DNA from: Fidelibacterota bacterium
Lineage (GTDB): Bacteria > Fidelibacterota > Marinisomatia > Marinisomatales > TCS55
DNA: 32,000 bases
NCBI GenBank assembly: GCA_004124385.1
Contig: SCKN01000008.1
Coordinates: forward strand, 14,648 to 46,647
Reading direction: 5' to 3'
Part shown: one piece after another, positions 1-8,479 of the stretch
How the letters are laid out: each line of letters opens with the position of its first letter
Numbering within the stretch: the first letter of the stretch is position 1
Notes under the pieces: model-generated
Seen by the model: the letters and a program-made list of their open reading frames with translations, nothing else
Told to the model about the DNA's origin: nothing
The model's database searches: none
Made by a program: the position numbers and the translations under genes

Positions 1-1399
1 AGTATGATTCACTATTACTAAATAAATATTCTGTGATTGAATGAATTTCCTGTTTAGTTCGTTGCACAGATTTTGCATCATTGTTATTTGTTATATTAAA
101 GAAATGAGGCATCCATGTATTGTGACGAAAATCTCTGGGACTGTTGATCCATTTCCAAGTCCAATCATTAGTCGTCTTAGAAGCAATCTTTGCCAAGTTT
201 GGCCCGGTTTTAGGTTTTCCTTCCCAGCGATCCAATTGATGGCACCCAAAACAACCGGCCCGTTCTACAATTGCCATACCAAGCGAAAGTGTTTCGGCCC
301 CAGCTATAGGCATATTTCCACTGTGACATTTAAAACAGCCGGCCTCCATATTCTGTTTTGTGAACATAGGGTTATCCCAATGATGCATGGGGTGCCAATC
401 ATAATTTTCTTCCCATTCATGGGCTTGATCCGGACTTGAGGGCGAATGTGCAGTAGAATTAAAACCTGTCCCTCTTCCGCGCCCTGCATGACACGTCGTA
501 CAACCAAATTCACTCATTGGATGGGGAGAATTCGGACCGACCATTTGATCTAGATTAGGATGCGTTGAATAAGGCTGGGGAGCATTTTCAAATCCCTTTT
601 TATCAATACCCATATGGCAGGTCATGCATCGATCCACTTTCGGCATACCCATATAAATCAGATCTTCTTCAATATCTTTTACAACAACCTGTTTCACCTC
701 ATAATAAGGATCAATAAAATCTAAAACCGGAAGGTCACGAACTACATTTGCAATTTTGTTGGAGAAAGACATTTTTCCCGGATCAGTCTTTAATAATTTT
801 CTAGCAGTAAGATCCCGTTTGTGACTTATAGAATTCAATTCGTCATTATATGTTTTTTGTTCAGAATAAAGTTTGGCTAATTGATCTTCAAGATTTTCTA
901 ACTTCTTCTCAACTTCTTCCAATTCCAACTTAAACCCGGTTGTAAGCTCATCTAATTCTTTAAGATTTTTTTCAGCTGATACTAAATCTCCAAGTCCATG
1001 TCGAGCTTGATCTGCTTTATATTTTGCAACATCATATTCAGCTTTAGCAAATTGATGATTTTGATTCACACCATAGCGAACAGCATCAATATCTTTAATC
1101 TTTGCATTTAAATCATCAATTTCTTCGACCTTATCTTGCAATTTTTCATCAGCTTTTGATAATAGATTTAAAATCTCTTTATAATCATGATTGCTTTCAA
1201 GAGTGGAGTTCAATTCAGCAAGGTTTTTATTAATCTTTTCTATTTCTACAGAACGAAATTCTTTTTGAAATTTTTTCCAAGGTCGCTGATAATCATCAAC
1301 AAAGGCTAAAACAAATATACCGGCAAAAAGCAAACTGGATAAGGCAAACCAACGATTCAGTTTGAGAATGTTATAATATCGTTCCTGTTGATCAATCAT
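1..1399 (-). CDS. Membrane-anchored multihaem c-type cytochrome. The C-terminus runs off the window at position 1, so no stop is in view and the ORF is absent from the supplied track.
   Basis: My own translation from the ATG at 1399..1397 (MIDQQERYYNILKLNRWFALSSLLFAGIFVLAFV...) stays open for 466 codons to the window edge. It has one N-terminal hydrophobic helix, then a long K/E/L/D-rich heptad-like segment. Four CxxCH haem motifs follow: CMTCH (614..628), CTTCH (488..502), CFKCH (323..337), CFGCH (239..253). The gene starts 21 nt downstream of the cytochrome b genes on the same strand. Confidence 0.8.
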   Translation of the reverse strand, partial: MIDQQERYYNILKLNRWFALSSLLFAGIFVLAFVDDYQRPWKKFQKEFRSVEIEKINKNLAELNSTLESNHDYKEILNLLSKADEKLQDKVEEIDDLNAKIKDIDAVRYGVNQNHQFAKAEYDVAKYKADQARHGLGDLVSAEKNLKELDELTTGFKLELEEVEKKLENLEDQLAKLYSEQKTYNDELNSISHKRDLTARKLLKTDPGKMSFSNKIANVVRDLPVLDFIDPYYEVKQVVVKDIEEDLIYMGMPKVDRCMTCHMGIDKKGFENAPQPYSTHPNLDQMVGPNSPHPMSEFGCTTCHAGRGRGTGFNSTAHSPSSPDQAHEWEENYDWHPMHHWDNPMFTKQNMEAGCFKCHSGNMPIAGAETLSLGMAIVERAGCFGCHQLDRWEGKPKTGPNLAKIASKTTNDWTWKWINSPRDFRHNTWMPHFFNITNNNDAKSVQRTKQEIHSITEYLFSNSESY

Positions 1400-1420
1400 C
1401 TTTTTTTATATAATCAATAT

Positions 1421-2539
1421 TTAAAAATTGAAAAAATATTCAGGGATAGCTATAATGTATTTCAAATTGAACATCCAACGTAAATACATCTTAATAGGTA
1501 ATGTTATAGCAATCAATATCAACATAATAAAAAACGAATATTTAAAACTCCCTAATCGTGCAAATAATTTTTTACACATAGTTTTAGCCAATAACGGAGG
1601 TAAAATCAGAAAATACCCTAATACGACAATTATCCCCCAAATCTCCCTGAAAATGATACTTTTTGGTAACCCTGTATTCATCCATTTAATATAAATATAT
1701 TCAGAAAAATTGATATTGGTAAGTGCTTCAAGTTTGTGAATGTCCCAATATTCAAAGGGACCAAAAAAGTTCCAGTTAGGACCCCGTAAGAATGTACCTA
1801 CAATAATGAGCATATCCCATAATACCAGCCATCCAAACATGAATAGAGCAATCGACATCTTTCGATTTTTAAAACTATAATATCCAGATCCCGCAGGTTC
1901 ATTATCCATATATGGGATTGCAATTAACCCTACGATAATTAAAGTCGGTAAAACAACACCAGCCATCCAAGGATCAAAATATACGAGCATTTCCTGTAGA
2001 CCTAAGAAGTACCATGGTGCTTTTGCAGGATTAGGAGATTCAGCAGGGTTCGCGGGCTCTTCAATAGGTGCTGGTAAACCTATGGACCAAATCATCAAAA
2101 ATGCCGAACATAAAATCAGGGCAATAAATTCAACATACACAAGATCCGGCCATACAAGCACTTTATCATTTGGCGCATCATATTGTTCATCTATCGGTTC
2201 TCCCCGTTCTAGTTTTGCATCATTTTCATATGCCTGGTGCATAGACAACCATGTAAAAAAATACACCAGAAAAATTAAGCCGGAGATTGGTACATTGTCT
2301 GGTTTTAAAACAATCGACCTGAAATCAGGATCTGAAATGCCAATAACGAAAAACGCTGCCATTAGAATTGAAGCAATGACCATGGATTTGCTTGACCAAA
2401 GAACATACAATTTTAACCGGCGATTCCATTTATCAAACCAGTCATTAATGGGGAAAATAAAGAAAAATATAATTAGCGTCGACGTAAATAAAATCGTCGG
2501 ATTCGAAATTGTATCAATAAAATGTTTAAAACTTTCCAT
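1421..2539 (-). CDS. Cytochrome b C-terminal / b6f subunit-IV-like polytopic membrane protein, enlarged to 372 aa
   Basis: The motif PNPAKAPWYFLGLQEML matches the conserved P-(E/D)-W-Y-F-L quinol-site motif of the cytochrome b C-terminal domain and PetD. There are many hydrophobic helices on both sides of it. The gene starts 2 nt after the cytochrome b stop. Confidence 0.8.
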   Translation of the reverse strand: MESFKHFIDTISNPTILFTSTLIIFFFIFPINDWFDKWNRRLKLYVLWSSKSMVIASILMAAFFVIGISDPDFRSIVLKPDNVPISGLIFLVYFFTWLSMHQAYENDAKLERGEPIDEQYDAPNDKVLVWPDLVYVEFIALILCSAFLMIWSIGLPAPIEEPANPAESPNPAKAPWYFLGLQEMLVYFDPWMAGVVLPTLIIVGLIAIPYMDNEPAGSGYYSFKNRKMSIALFMFGWLVLWDMLIIVGTFLRGPNWNFFGPFEYWDIHKLEALTNINFSEYIYIKWMNTGLPKSIIFREIWGIIVVLGYFLILPPLLAKTMCKKLFARLGSFKYSFFIMLILIAITLPIKMYLRWMFNLKYIIAIPEYFFNF

Positions 2540-2541
2540 TA

Positions 2542-3312
2542 TTACACAGGAGTTGAAATACCTCCGTCTTTACGAATTCGCCAGAAATGTACAGCCATAA
2601 AGATCATAATAATAAACGGTAAGCCAATGCAGTGTAATACATAAAATCGTAAAAGTGCACCTTCGCCCATAAATCGTCCACCGATCAAAGCAAAACGCAT
2701 ATCACTACCCATGGTAACAAAATTTATATCTCCTATAGCTAATAAAGCGGCACCTGGCCCTTCATGTCCAACAAAAGGCGCTGCTCGAGCCATATTTGAT
2801 CCAACAGTAATGGCCCAAATTGCCAATTGATCCCAAGGCAGTAAATACCCTGTAAAACTCAATAACAATGTTAACAGTAAGAGAATCACACCAACAGCCC
2901 AGTTGAATTCTCTTGGTGGTTTATAAGAACCTGTCATGAAAACCCTAAACATATGTAGCCATACAGTGATCACCATGGCATGGGCACCCCAACGGTGAAT
3001 TTCTCTCATGATGCCAAAAGGAACTTGTTCTGCTAAATCAATAATATCGGTATAGGCGTATTCAATCGTGGGACGATAATAAAACATAAGCAAAATACCC
3101 GAAATAGTCAGAATAAGAAATATGAAAAAAGATAATCCGCCCATACACCATGTGAATTTTAATTTAACAGCATGTTTTGGTAATCGTACCGGATGGAGAT
3201 GAAGAAATACACTGTTCAACACCACCATCATTCTCTGACGGCGACTCTTGGGAACACCACCACCACGGAATATGGATTTATAAAATTGAGTCTCTCTAAA
3301 TTTTTCTAACAT
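2542..3312 (-). CDS. Cytochrome b, N-terminal (b6-type) haem-binding subunit
   Basis: REIHRWGAHAMVITVWLHMFRVFMTGSYKPPREFNWAVGVILLLLTLLLSFTGYLLPWDQ and a later FYVLHCIGLPFIIMIFMAVHFWRIRK are the classical four-helix bis-His cytochrome b/b6 signature. The gene lies between the Rieske and subunit-IV-like genes. Confidence 0.9.
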   Translation of the reverse strand: MLEKFRETQFYKSIFRGGGVPKSRRQRMMVVLNSVFLHLHPVRLPKHAVKLKFTWCMGGLSFFIFLILTISGILLMFYYRPTIEYAYTDIIDLAEQVPFGIMREIHRWGAHAMVITVWLHMFRVFMTGSYKPPREFNWAVGVILLLLTLLLSFTGYLLPWDQLAIWAITVGSNMARAAPFVGHEGPGAALLAIGDINFVTMGSDMRFALIGGRFMGEGALLRFYVLHCIGLPFIIMIFMAVHFWRIRKDGGISTPV

Positions 3313-3322
3313 AAGTTATCCA

Positions 3323-3895
3323 TTATACGTTCAAAAATGCTTCAGGATCATTCCATTGACCCTTTTCTTGTTGAAATTTTATTGTTTTATCGACGATGAT
3401 TTGGCCATTGTCAGCCAATGTAATCTTGAATCTTTCAAGGGGACGCGGCGCCGGGCCTTCAAAGTTAATCCCCGTTTTAAAAAATCCGCTACCGTGGCAT
3501 GGGCATTTAAATTTTTGCTCTGAATTTAACCAGTTTGGTGTACAGCCAAGATGAGTACACGTGGTTGAAAGTACATATATTCCTTCATTATTTCTAACGA
3601 TCCACACACCATATTTGTTTTTCCAGCGTAAATCTACTTCACCAATAGTATAATCATCTGGGAATCCAGCTCGGAACGTTTGTACAGGTTCAAATAATAC
3701 ATTCGGGAAAAAGAAGCGAAGCATCATCGTAAAAAATCCACCCGTAGCAGCAATAAATGCAAACCAACCTATGGATAACCATGAAAAAAACGAACGTCGA
3801 GATATTTGATCACCCGTATCCGCTTTGTCAAGAGCTGCCGGAGGACGTCGTCCCGGTTCTTTCGTTGCAGATTTTTTAGATATTATTTCAGCCAT
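3323..3895 (-). CDS. Rieske [2Fe-2S] iron-sulfur subunit
   Basis: The cluster-binding boxes CTHLGC and CPCHGS are present. The N-terminus has a Tat-like SRRSFFSW followed by a hydrophobic anchor. Confidence 0.9.
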   Translation of the reverse strand: MAEIISKKSATKEPGRRPPAALDKADTGDQISRRSFFSWLSIGWFAFIAATGGFFTMMLRFFFPNVLFEPVQTFRAGFPDDYTIGEVDLRWKNKYGVWIVRNNEGIYVLSTTCTHLGCTPNWLNSEQKFKCPCHGSGFFKTGINFEGPAPRPLERFKITLADNGQIIVDKTIKFQQEKGQWNDPEAFLNV

Positions 3896-3903
3896 TTATA
3901 TTC

Positions 3904-4779
3904 TTATTTATTTAAAGCGCGTCGTGCTGCTTCTCGTACTTTCATGCTGCGGTCATTGTCTCTCAAATTTCTTAACATCGATTCAAATTCTGCATCAATT
4001 ATATTTGGTATAACTTGAATTGCCACCAACATAGCTTGATCCTGTTCTAATGGATCAATATTAGGAAATGAATCTAAATAGTTTCTATCTAATAGGTCTA
4101 ATAAAATCATACTGCCTCGATTATTTTTTATTTTTGCCAATGCGACAGCTGCATCCCAACGGATATTAACTTCTTGATCAGCCAGTGCTGATACGAATAT
4201 ATCTTCCGCTTCAATTTTTCGATAGTTTCCCAATGAAATAATGCTTTGCAGCCGAACTTGTGCATCTTCATGATCTGTCATATTTTGTAAAGCAACAAAT
4301 CCATCACTGCTTCGAATTAGTCCTAAAGAATGGGCACATGATGCTACGATTGAATAATCTTTATCTTGCAATGCATTAATTAATGTAGATATATAACGTT
4401 CATCACCGGTTCTGCCCATAGCCAAGGCTAAGTAAGATCGAATAAGAGGATTACGTTCATGAACTGAATATTCAAAAGTTGAAATCATTTCTTGAACAAA
4501 TCTTTCATCCTTCGGCACCATTTTAGGGTTGGAAAGAATTTTAGATAACTCGAATGCTCCCTGCCAACGTTTTGTTGTTCCACCTATTTTAACATGTTCT
4601 AAATAATCTTGAGCTGTGTTGGGTTCTACAGTCAGAACTTTAACCATCAAAAAAACGATAACAGCAAAAATAGCAATTAAAAAAGGGACAACAAAAAAGC
4701 TGTGTATAATAACTCGCAGAGCTGATTTTTTTACCGGCTCTTGTTCTTCAATATTCTCTATTTTGATTTTGTCAGTCAT
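3904..4779 (-). CDS. HEAT-repeat protein with a single N-terminal transmembrane helix. I trimmed the start from the track's 4827.
   Basis: Repeated HEAT/PBS-lyase-like helical units are visible (QVRLQSIISLGN, NIRWDAAVALAKI, VREAARRALNK), along with a TM segment (IIHSFFVVPFLIAIFAVIVFLMV). The track's start at 4827 overlaps the tRNA at 4788..4870. The in-frame ATG at 4779 (MTDKIKIEN...) avoids this overlap. Confidence 0.65.
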   Translation of the reverse strand: MTDKIKIENIEEQEPVKKSALRVIIHSFFVVPFLIAIFAVIVFLMVKVLTVEPNTAQDYLEHVKIGGTTKRWQGAFELSKILSNPKMVPKDERFVQEMISTFEYSVHERNPLIRSYLALAMGRTGDERYISTLINALQDKDYSIVASCAHSLGLIRSSDGFVALQNMTDHEDAQVRLQSIISLGNYRKIEAEDIFVSALADQEVNIRWDAAVALAKIKNNRGSMILLDLLDRNYLDSFPNIDPLEQDQAMLVAIQVIPNIIDAEFESMLRNLRDNDRSMKVREAARRALNK

Positions 4780-4787
4780 TTTGTTTG

Positions 4788-4870
4788 TGCCGCGGAAAGG
4801 AGTCGAACCTTCACACCCGATGGGCACCAGATCCTAAATCTGGCGTGTCTACCAATTCCACCACCGCGGC
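4788..4870 (-). tRNA. tRNA-Leu, anticodon UAG, class II with a long variable arm, no encoded CCA
   Basis: Minus-strand sequence: GCCGCGGTGGTGGAATTGGTAGACACGCCAGATTTAGGATCTGGTGCCCATCGGGTGTGAAGGTTCGACTCCTTTCCGCGGCA. It folds by hand into a cloverleaf. The acceptor stem is 7 bp (GCCGCGG/CCGCGGC). The anticodon stem is CCAGA/TCTGG with loop TTTAGGA. The variable arm is 14 nt. The T arm is GAAGG-TTCGACT-CCTTT. Confidence 0.85.
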
Positions 4871-4920
4871 TGATTGTGTATGAAAAAAGCAGACAAAGTT
4901 AAGTGTTAAATAAAATCATA

Positions 4921-4949
4921 AAAATAAAAAAGGGCAGAAATTTCTGCCC
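4921..4949 (-). terminator. Rho-independent terminator after the large T9SS cargo gene
   Basis: The minus strand reads GGGCAGAAATTTCTGCCC, a perfect 7-bp stem (GGGCAGA/TCTGCCC) closing a 4-nt AATT loop, followed by TTTTTTATTTT. It begins 25 nt past the stop at 4974. Confidence 0.7.
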
Positions 4950-4973
4950 TTTATATTTAAGGATTTAAGAAAT

Positions 4974-7900
4974 TTATTTTAATAAAATCAGTTTTTGTGA
5001 TTGTACAAGTCCGGACGATTCCAATCTATAAATATAAACACCGGCGCTCACACTTTGGCCGTGGTTATCCTTCGCATCCCAGATGATAGTTTTTGTCCCA
5101 GCATGATCAAATCCTTTTGCCAGCGTCCGTACTTCTCGTCCAGTTAGATCAAAAATACGAAGATCAACATAACTTGCTTGGGGCAAATCATACCGTATGT
5201 TTGTCATAGGATTGAATGGATTTGGGTAAGCAGGATGCAGTGCAAACTTAACTGGTATTTCAATTTCTTCGTCTACACTCAAGTTTGCTTCGAGAATTGC
5301 AAATCCTATCCCACTAGATGGAATAGAATTCAATCCAGCATCTGCTGAATACACTTCACTTATCCATGTGATCACATCACCGGTTAAACCTGTATTCATT
5401 CTAATATCATAGCTAACTTCCATAATTTCGCCCGAACCAGCTGCTATACCATTAGCTAAATCATGAGCGAAAACACGCGCTGTACCATCTTCTTGTTCAC
5501 CTGTTTGTCCGCCATCAATAGATCCATTGAATCGACCGACTGCAGTCACATCCGTTACTACAATTCCATCCGGTGCATCTGCAAGGAATAAATCAACAAC
5601 ATATACTGGAGATGAGTTTTCCAATTCAATGGAAATGGTTTGAGCTGATTCATCCACAGAACCGATGGAATATATAGCGTCGGGTGAACCTATATATATT
5701 TTACTTTCAAATAATTCAGCATGCATAGGAATATTATTTTGATCAACTACTACTACTTCTTCCATAAATAACTCTGCAGTTGATCCGACAGGCGCATTAG
5801 GATCAATATAGAGGGATATATCGGCAATATGGCCTGTCCCTCCAGGTAAGGGATTACTCAATGAATTATCAAATAATAGGATTCGATATTGATTTCCAAC
5901 ATTATTTCCATCTACAGTCCAGTTACTAAAGTCGTGATAGTTTGTTGCAGCAATTGCAATACCGCTAACATAATCAGGATAATCCGTTAAGAAAATCTGT
6001 ACTCCATATACATCTTGAGTATTATTAATCAGTAATGGGATGGTAATCAAATCACCAGGATTACCATGAACATTGGGCATGACTAAAAATTGAGTTTCAA
6101 CCGTTACTTCAAAAGTTGCTCCTTCTGCAGTCCAAATCATATCATTAGTATTCGCATCCTTAACTTGTGTCGATGTAGTAAAATTTAAATTACATAAATA
6201 TTGATCTTGGCTAGTAGCCATGACTATCACTTTACAAACAGCACCATCGCCCGCGGACATATGATCAACATTTCCTAGAATAGCTGAACCAGTTACCACT
6301 ATGTTTCCACCAACTTCATTGACGTCAAGATACCAACCAGTGGTACGGTCAGTCTCAAAAATCTCGCCATACTGAGCAATTAAATAATCAGGTTCATCCT
6401 CAATTACAAAGAAAAAAGAACTGATTTCAGATTCATTATTGATAAATATTTCCAATGTGTCGGTTGCGCCTGACAATGCAGCCCCGCTACTGATGGATAA
6501 TTCAACCCATTCAATAGGTGTGGCGTCTGCGGTGTTGGATGGGCCGGATTCTGTGCCATCTGGAGTATAGTCAGCTTTTATATAATAATAGTAGGTAGTG
6601 CCGTTAATTACATCTTCATCCATGTATGTCAATACATCAGGTCCGACTGATGCTATCATGTCTATGTTCGTACCGTCAATTGTACGATAAATATTGTACG
6701 CAGTAACAAGTACATCACGATCAACATGTTGAGGTTCAAGTGGATTGTCCCAATCCACTTTCTGTTGATATGTAATTCCGTTAGGATACTGTTCCACTAC
6801 TTCCGCTTTATCTGCAGTGATGACCCATTGCCCGAATTCATTAAAATCAAAGTGAATATTGCGAGCAATGCGACCTCCTGAAAAACTGACCAGAATATCA
6901 TCTATTGCCCAGCCAGAAGCCCACACACCGTTATCATTTGAATGAAAGGCAATATAAAATTCGTTTTCACCTGCATATTCATTCAAATCAACGGTTTCAG
7001 TGACCCACTCTGCGCTGGCAGGTAACGAATAAACTTCAGTGAAATTGACACCATCTGTGCTGATCTCAACATGTGCAGTTTGACTGTATGCGCCATCATA
7101 ATAAGAAGCAAAACTCAATTGAAAATCAGTTGCCCCATTTGTATTTAAAGATGGAGTAATCAAATAATCTACTGAACCATCATCGTCTGCTGCATCATCA
7201 TTGGAGCAGGCATAGTATGTATGCGATGGGATTGCCCAAAAAGCACTGGATCCATCTTGGGTGATAAACCAACCTACTGCTGAATTTGTAGTCGTTGTCC
7301 AGCCTTCAGGAAATGCACCATCTTCAAAATCTACTTCAATATCATTCCCTACCGGGCCATAAGGTGCATCCCAAGCCAAGGGGACCATCCCGTCCAAGCC
7401 GGATGTTGCTTCCAAGTTATGGGGTTCTTCCATATATCCAGGAAATACGGTGACGTACCCTGTGTCCAGACCAGCAATCCAGTACACACCGCCGATGTCA
7501 TCAGATACAACCACTTCGTTAAAAAATAAAGCAACATCACCCCCATAAGCATCACTGTGAATTGTGAGATCTAAATTCAGGATGGGCCCTGTACCAGCTG
7601 ATATATTATTCCCAGTATCATCATATACCAACACCCGGGTGCCATGGTCAATATCAGTCATTGTCACAGTGAAACCAGAGGTGCGATCAGTTGTCGTAAT
7701 GTCTGCAACGGTTACATTATCTGGAGAATCATATAAATCAAATTGAACACCACCGACTATACCACCGTTATCCATATCCACTGTTACACTGACTGTTTCA
7801 TTAACATCGCCTGTTGTATCGGTCAAAGTAAGAGAAACGACTTGGCCAATGGTAATAGATCCATCGCTTCCGGTAGATGAGATGGACCCACCGCTTGAAT

Positions 7901-8318
7901 CACTTACAATCAAACCGGATATTAAAAGATTAATTTGAGCTGATACAATGGAGGAACCATCAAAATGTAATATTATGACAGTATCAGCATTGACAGCAAT
8001 AGATGCATTGCCGGCAGCATTATAAAGAAGCACACGATACACATTATCGCTTAAAGAATTGTAATCAGCAGTAAAACCAGATGCAGCACCAACAGCATCT
8101 GCTCCTGACAAAGATATCATGCCCGGTGCAACTTCAACATCAAACTGAATACCAGCTACTCCATCGTTCGGATTTGTTAATATAACAGGTACTTCAATAT
8201 CAGATGAATACCCGTCAACTGTTGCAGCGCCAATCGTGACTACTACACTTTGAGCCATTATTGGTGCAGAAACACACAACATTATTAGGTAGAAATTCGC
8301 AAGTCTCCTCGTAATCAT
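4974..8318 (-). CDS. Large secreted multidomain protein (1114 aa): cohesin-like modules, a choice-of-anchor-J/MAM-like domain, an FN3-like module and a T9SS C-terminal sorting domain
   Basis: Signal peptide MITRRLANFYLIMLCVSAPIMAQS. About five modules follow the cohesin-like pattern (for example VVVTIGAATVDGYSSDIEVPVILTNPNDGVAGIQFDVEV...). A FEDGAFPEGWTTTTNSAVGWF... segment resembles the choice-of-anchor J domain. YNIYRT...TYYYYIKADY looks FN3-like. The last 90 aa (4977..5246), FALHPAYPNPFNPMTNIRYDL...GVYIYRL...KLILLK, match the Por/T9SS type A CTD. Confidence 0.8.
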   Translation of the reverse strand: MITRRLANFYLIMLCVSAPIMAQSVVVTIGAATVDGYSSDIEVPVILTNPNDGVAGIQFDVEVAPGMISLSGADAVGAASGFTADYNSLSDNVYRVLLYNAAGNASIAVNADTVIILHFDGSSIVSAQINLLISGLIVSDSSGGSISSTGSDGSITIGQVVSLTLTDTTGDVNETVSVTVDMDNGGIVGGVQFDLYDSPDNVTVADITTTDRTSGFTVTMTDIDHGTRVLVYDDTGNNISAGTGPILNLDLTIHSDAYGGDVALFFNEVVVSDDIGGVYWIAGLDTGYVTVFPGYMEEPHNLEATSGLDGMVPLAWDAPYGPVGNDIEVDFEDGAFPEGWTTTTNSAVGWFITQDGSSAFWAIPSHTYYACSNDDAADDDGSVDYLITPSLNTNGATDFQLSFASYYDGAYSQTAHVEISTDGVNFTEVYSLPASAEWVTETVDLNEYAGENEFYIAFHSNDNGVWASGWAIDDILVSFSGGRIARNIHFDFNEFGQWVITADKAEVVEQYPNGITYQQKVDWDNPLEPQHVDRDVLVTAYNIYRTIDGTNIDMIASVGPDVLTYMDEDVINGTTYYYYIKADYTPDGTESGPSNTADATPIEWVELSISSGAALSGATDTLEIFINNESEISSFFFVIEDEPDYLIAQYGEIFETDRTTGWYLDVNEVGGNIVVTGSAILGNVDHMSAGDGAVCKVIVMATSQDQYLCNLNFTTSTQVKDANTNDMIWTAEGATFEVTVETQFLVMPNVHGNPGDLITIPLLINNTQDVYGVQIFLTDYPDYVSGIAIAATNYHDFSNWTVDGNNVGNQYRILLFDNSLSNPLPGGTGHIADISLYIDPNAPVGSTAELFMEEVVVVDQNNIPMHAELFESKIYIGSPDAIYSIGSVDESAQTISIELENSSPVYVVDLFLADAPDGIVVTDVTAVGRFNGSIDGGQTGEQEDGTARVFAHDLANGIAAGSGEIMEVSYDIRMNTGLTGDVITWISEVYSADAGLNSIPSSGIGFAILEANLSVDEEIEIPVKFALHPAYPNPFNPMTNIRYDLPQASYVDLRIFDLTGREVRTLAKGFDHAGTKTIIWDAKDNHGQSVSAGVYIYRLESSGLVQSQKLILLK

Positions 8319-8479
8319 AAATCGCCTCCGGTTAATTATCAGCGGTAAGAGGTAAAGTTGTTAAGTATCATTTTGTAATATAAAATCATATGTACTACAT
8401 TATTCTTTCTAAAACAAGTTTGTGAAAGTAATCAATTCACAAGGATTTTCCAGTTAATTTTTGAATAATTTGACGTACA

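Noticed and set aside
41-513. Track ORFs 41..439 (+) and 304..513 (-)
   Set aside because: Both lie inside the 466-codon open frame of the multihaem cytochrome (1..1399, minus strand), which carries four CxxCH motifs. They are alternative-frame or antisense shadows. The 304..513 ORF is a different minus-strand frame.
2082-2600. Long antisense ORFs in the track (2082..2600 +, 14445..14810 +, 16800..17264 +, 19376..19699 -, 28161..28649 +, 29811..30158 + and similar)
   Set aside because: Each lies opposite a gene with an unmistakable family signature. Their translations are low-complexity or Ser/Ile/Phe-rich with no motifs. They are typical shadow ORFs of AT-rich DNA.
4780-4827. N-terminal 16 codons of track ORF 3904..4827 (MPIGCEGSTPFRGTNK)
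   Set aside because: These codons overlap the tRNA-Leu gene at 4788..4870 on the same strand. The in-frame ATG at 4779 is the sensible start.
8420-8442. TTGTGAA-N9-TTCACAA inverted repeat resembling a CRP-type TGTGA/TCACA site
   Set aside because: The spacing between TGTGA and TCACA is 11 nt, not the 6 nt of CRP/FNR-family sites. The 7-bp AT-rich stem is also too weak, and lacks a clear T-tract, to call it a terminator for the upstream PLP-enzyme gene.
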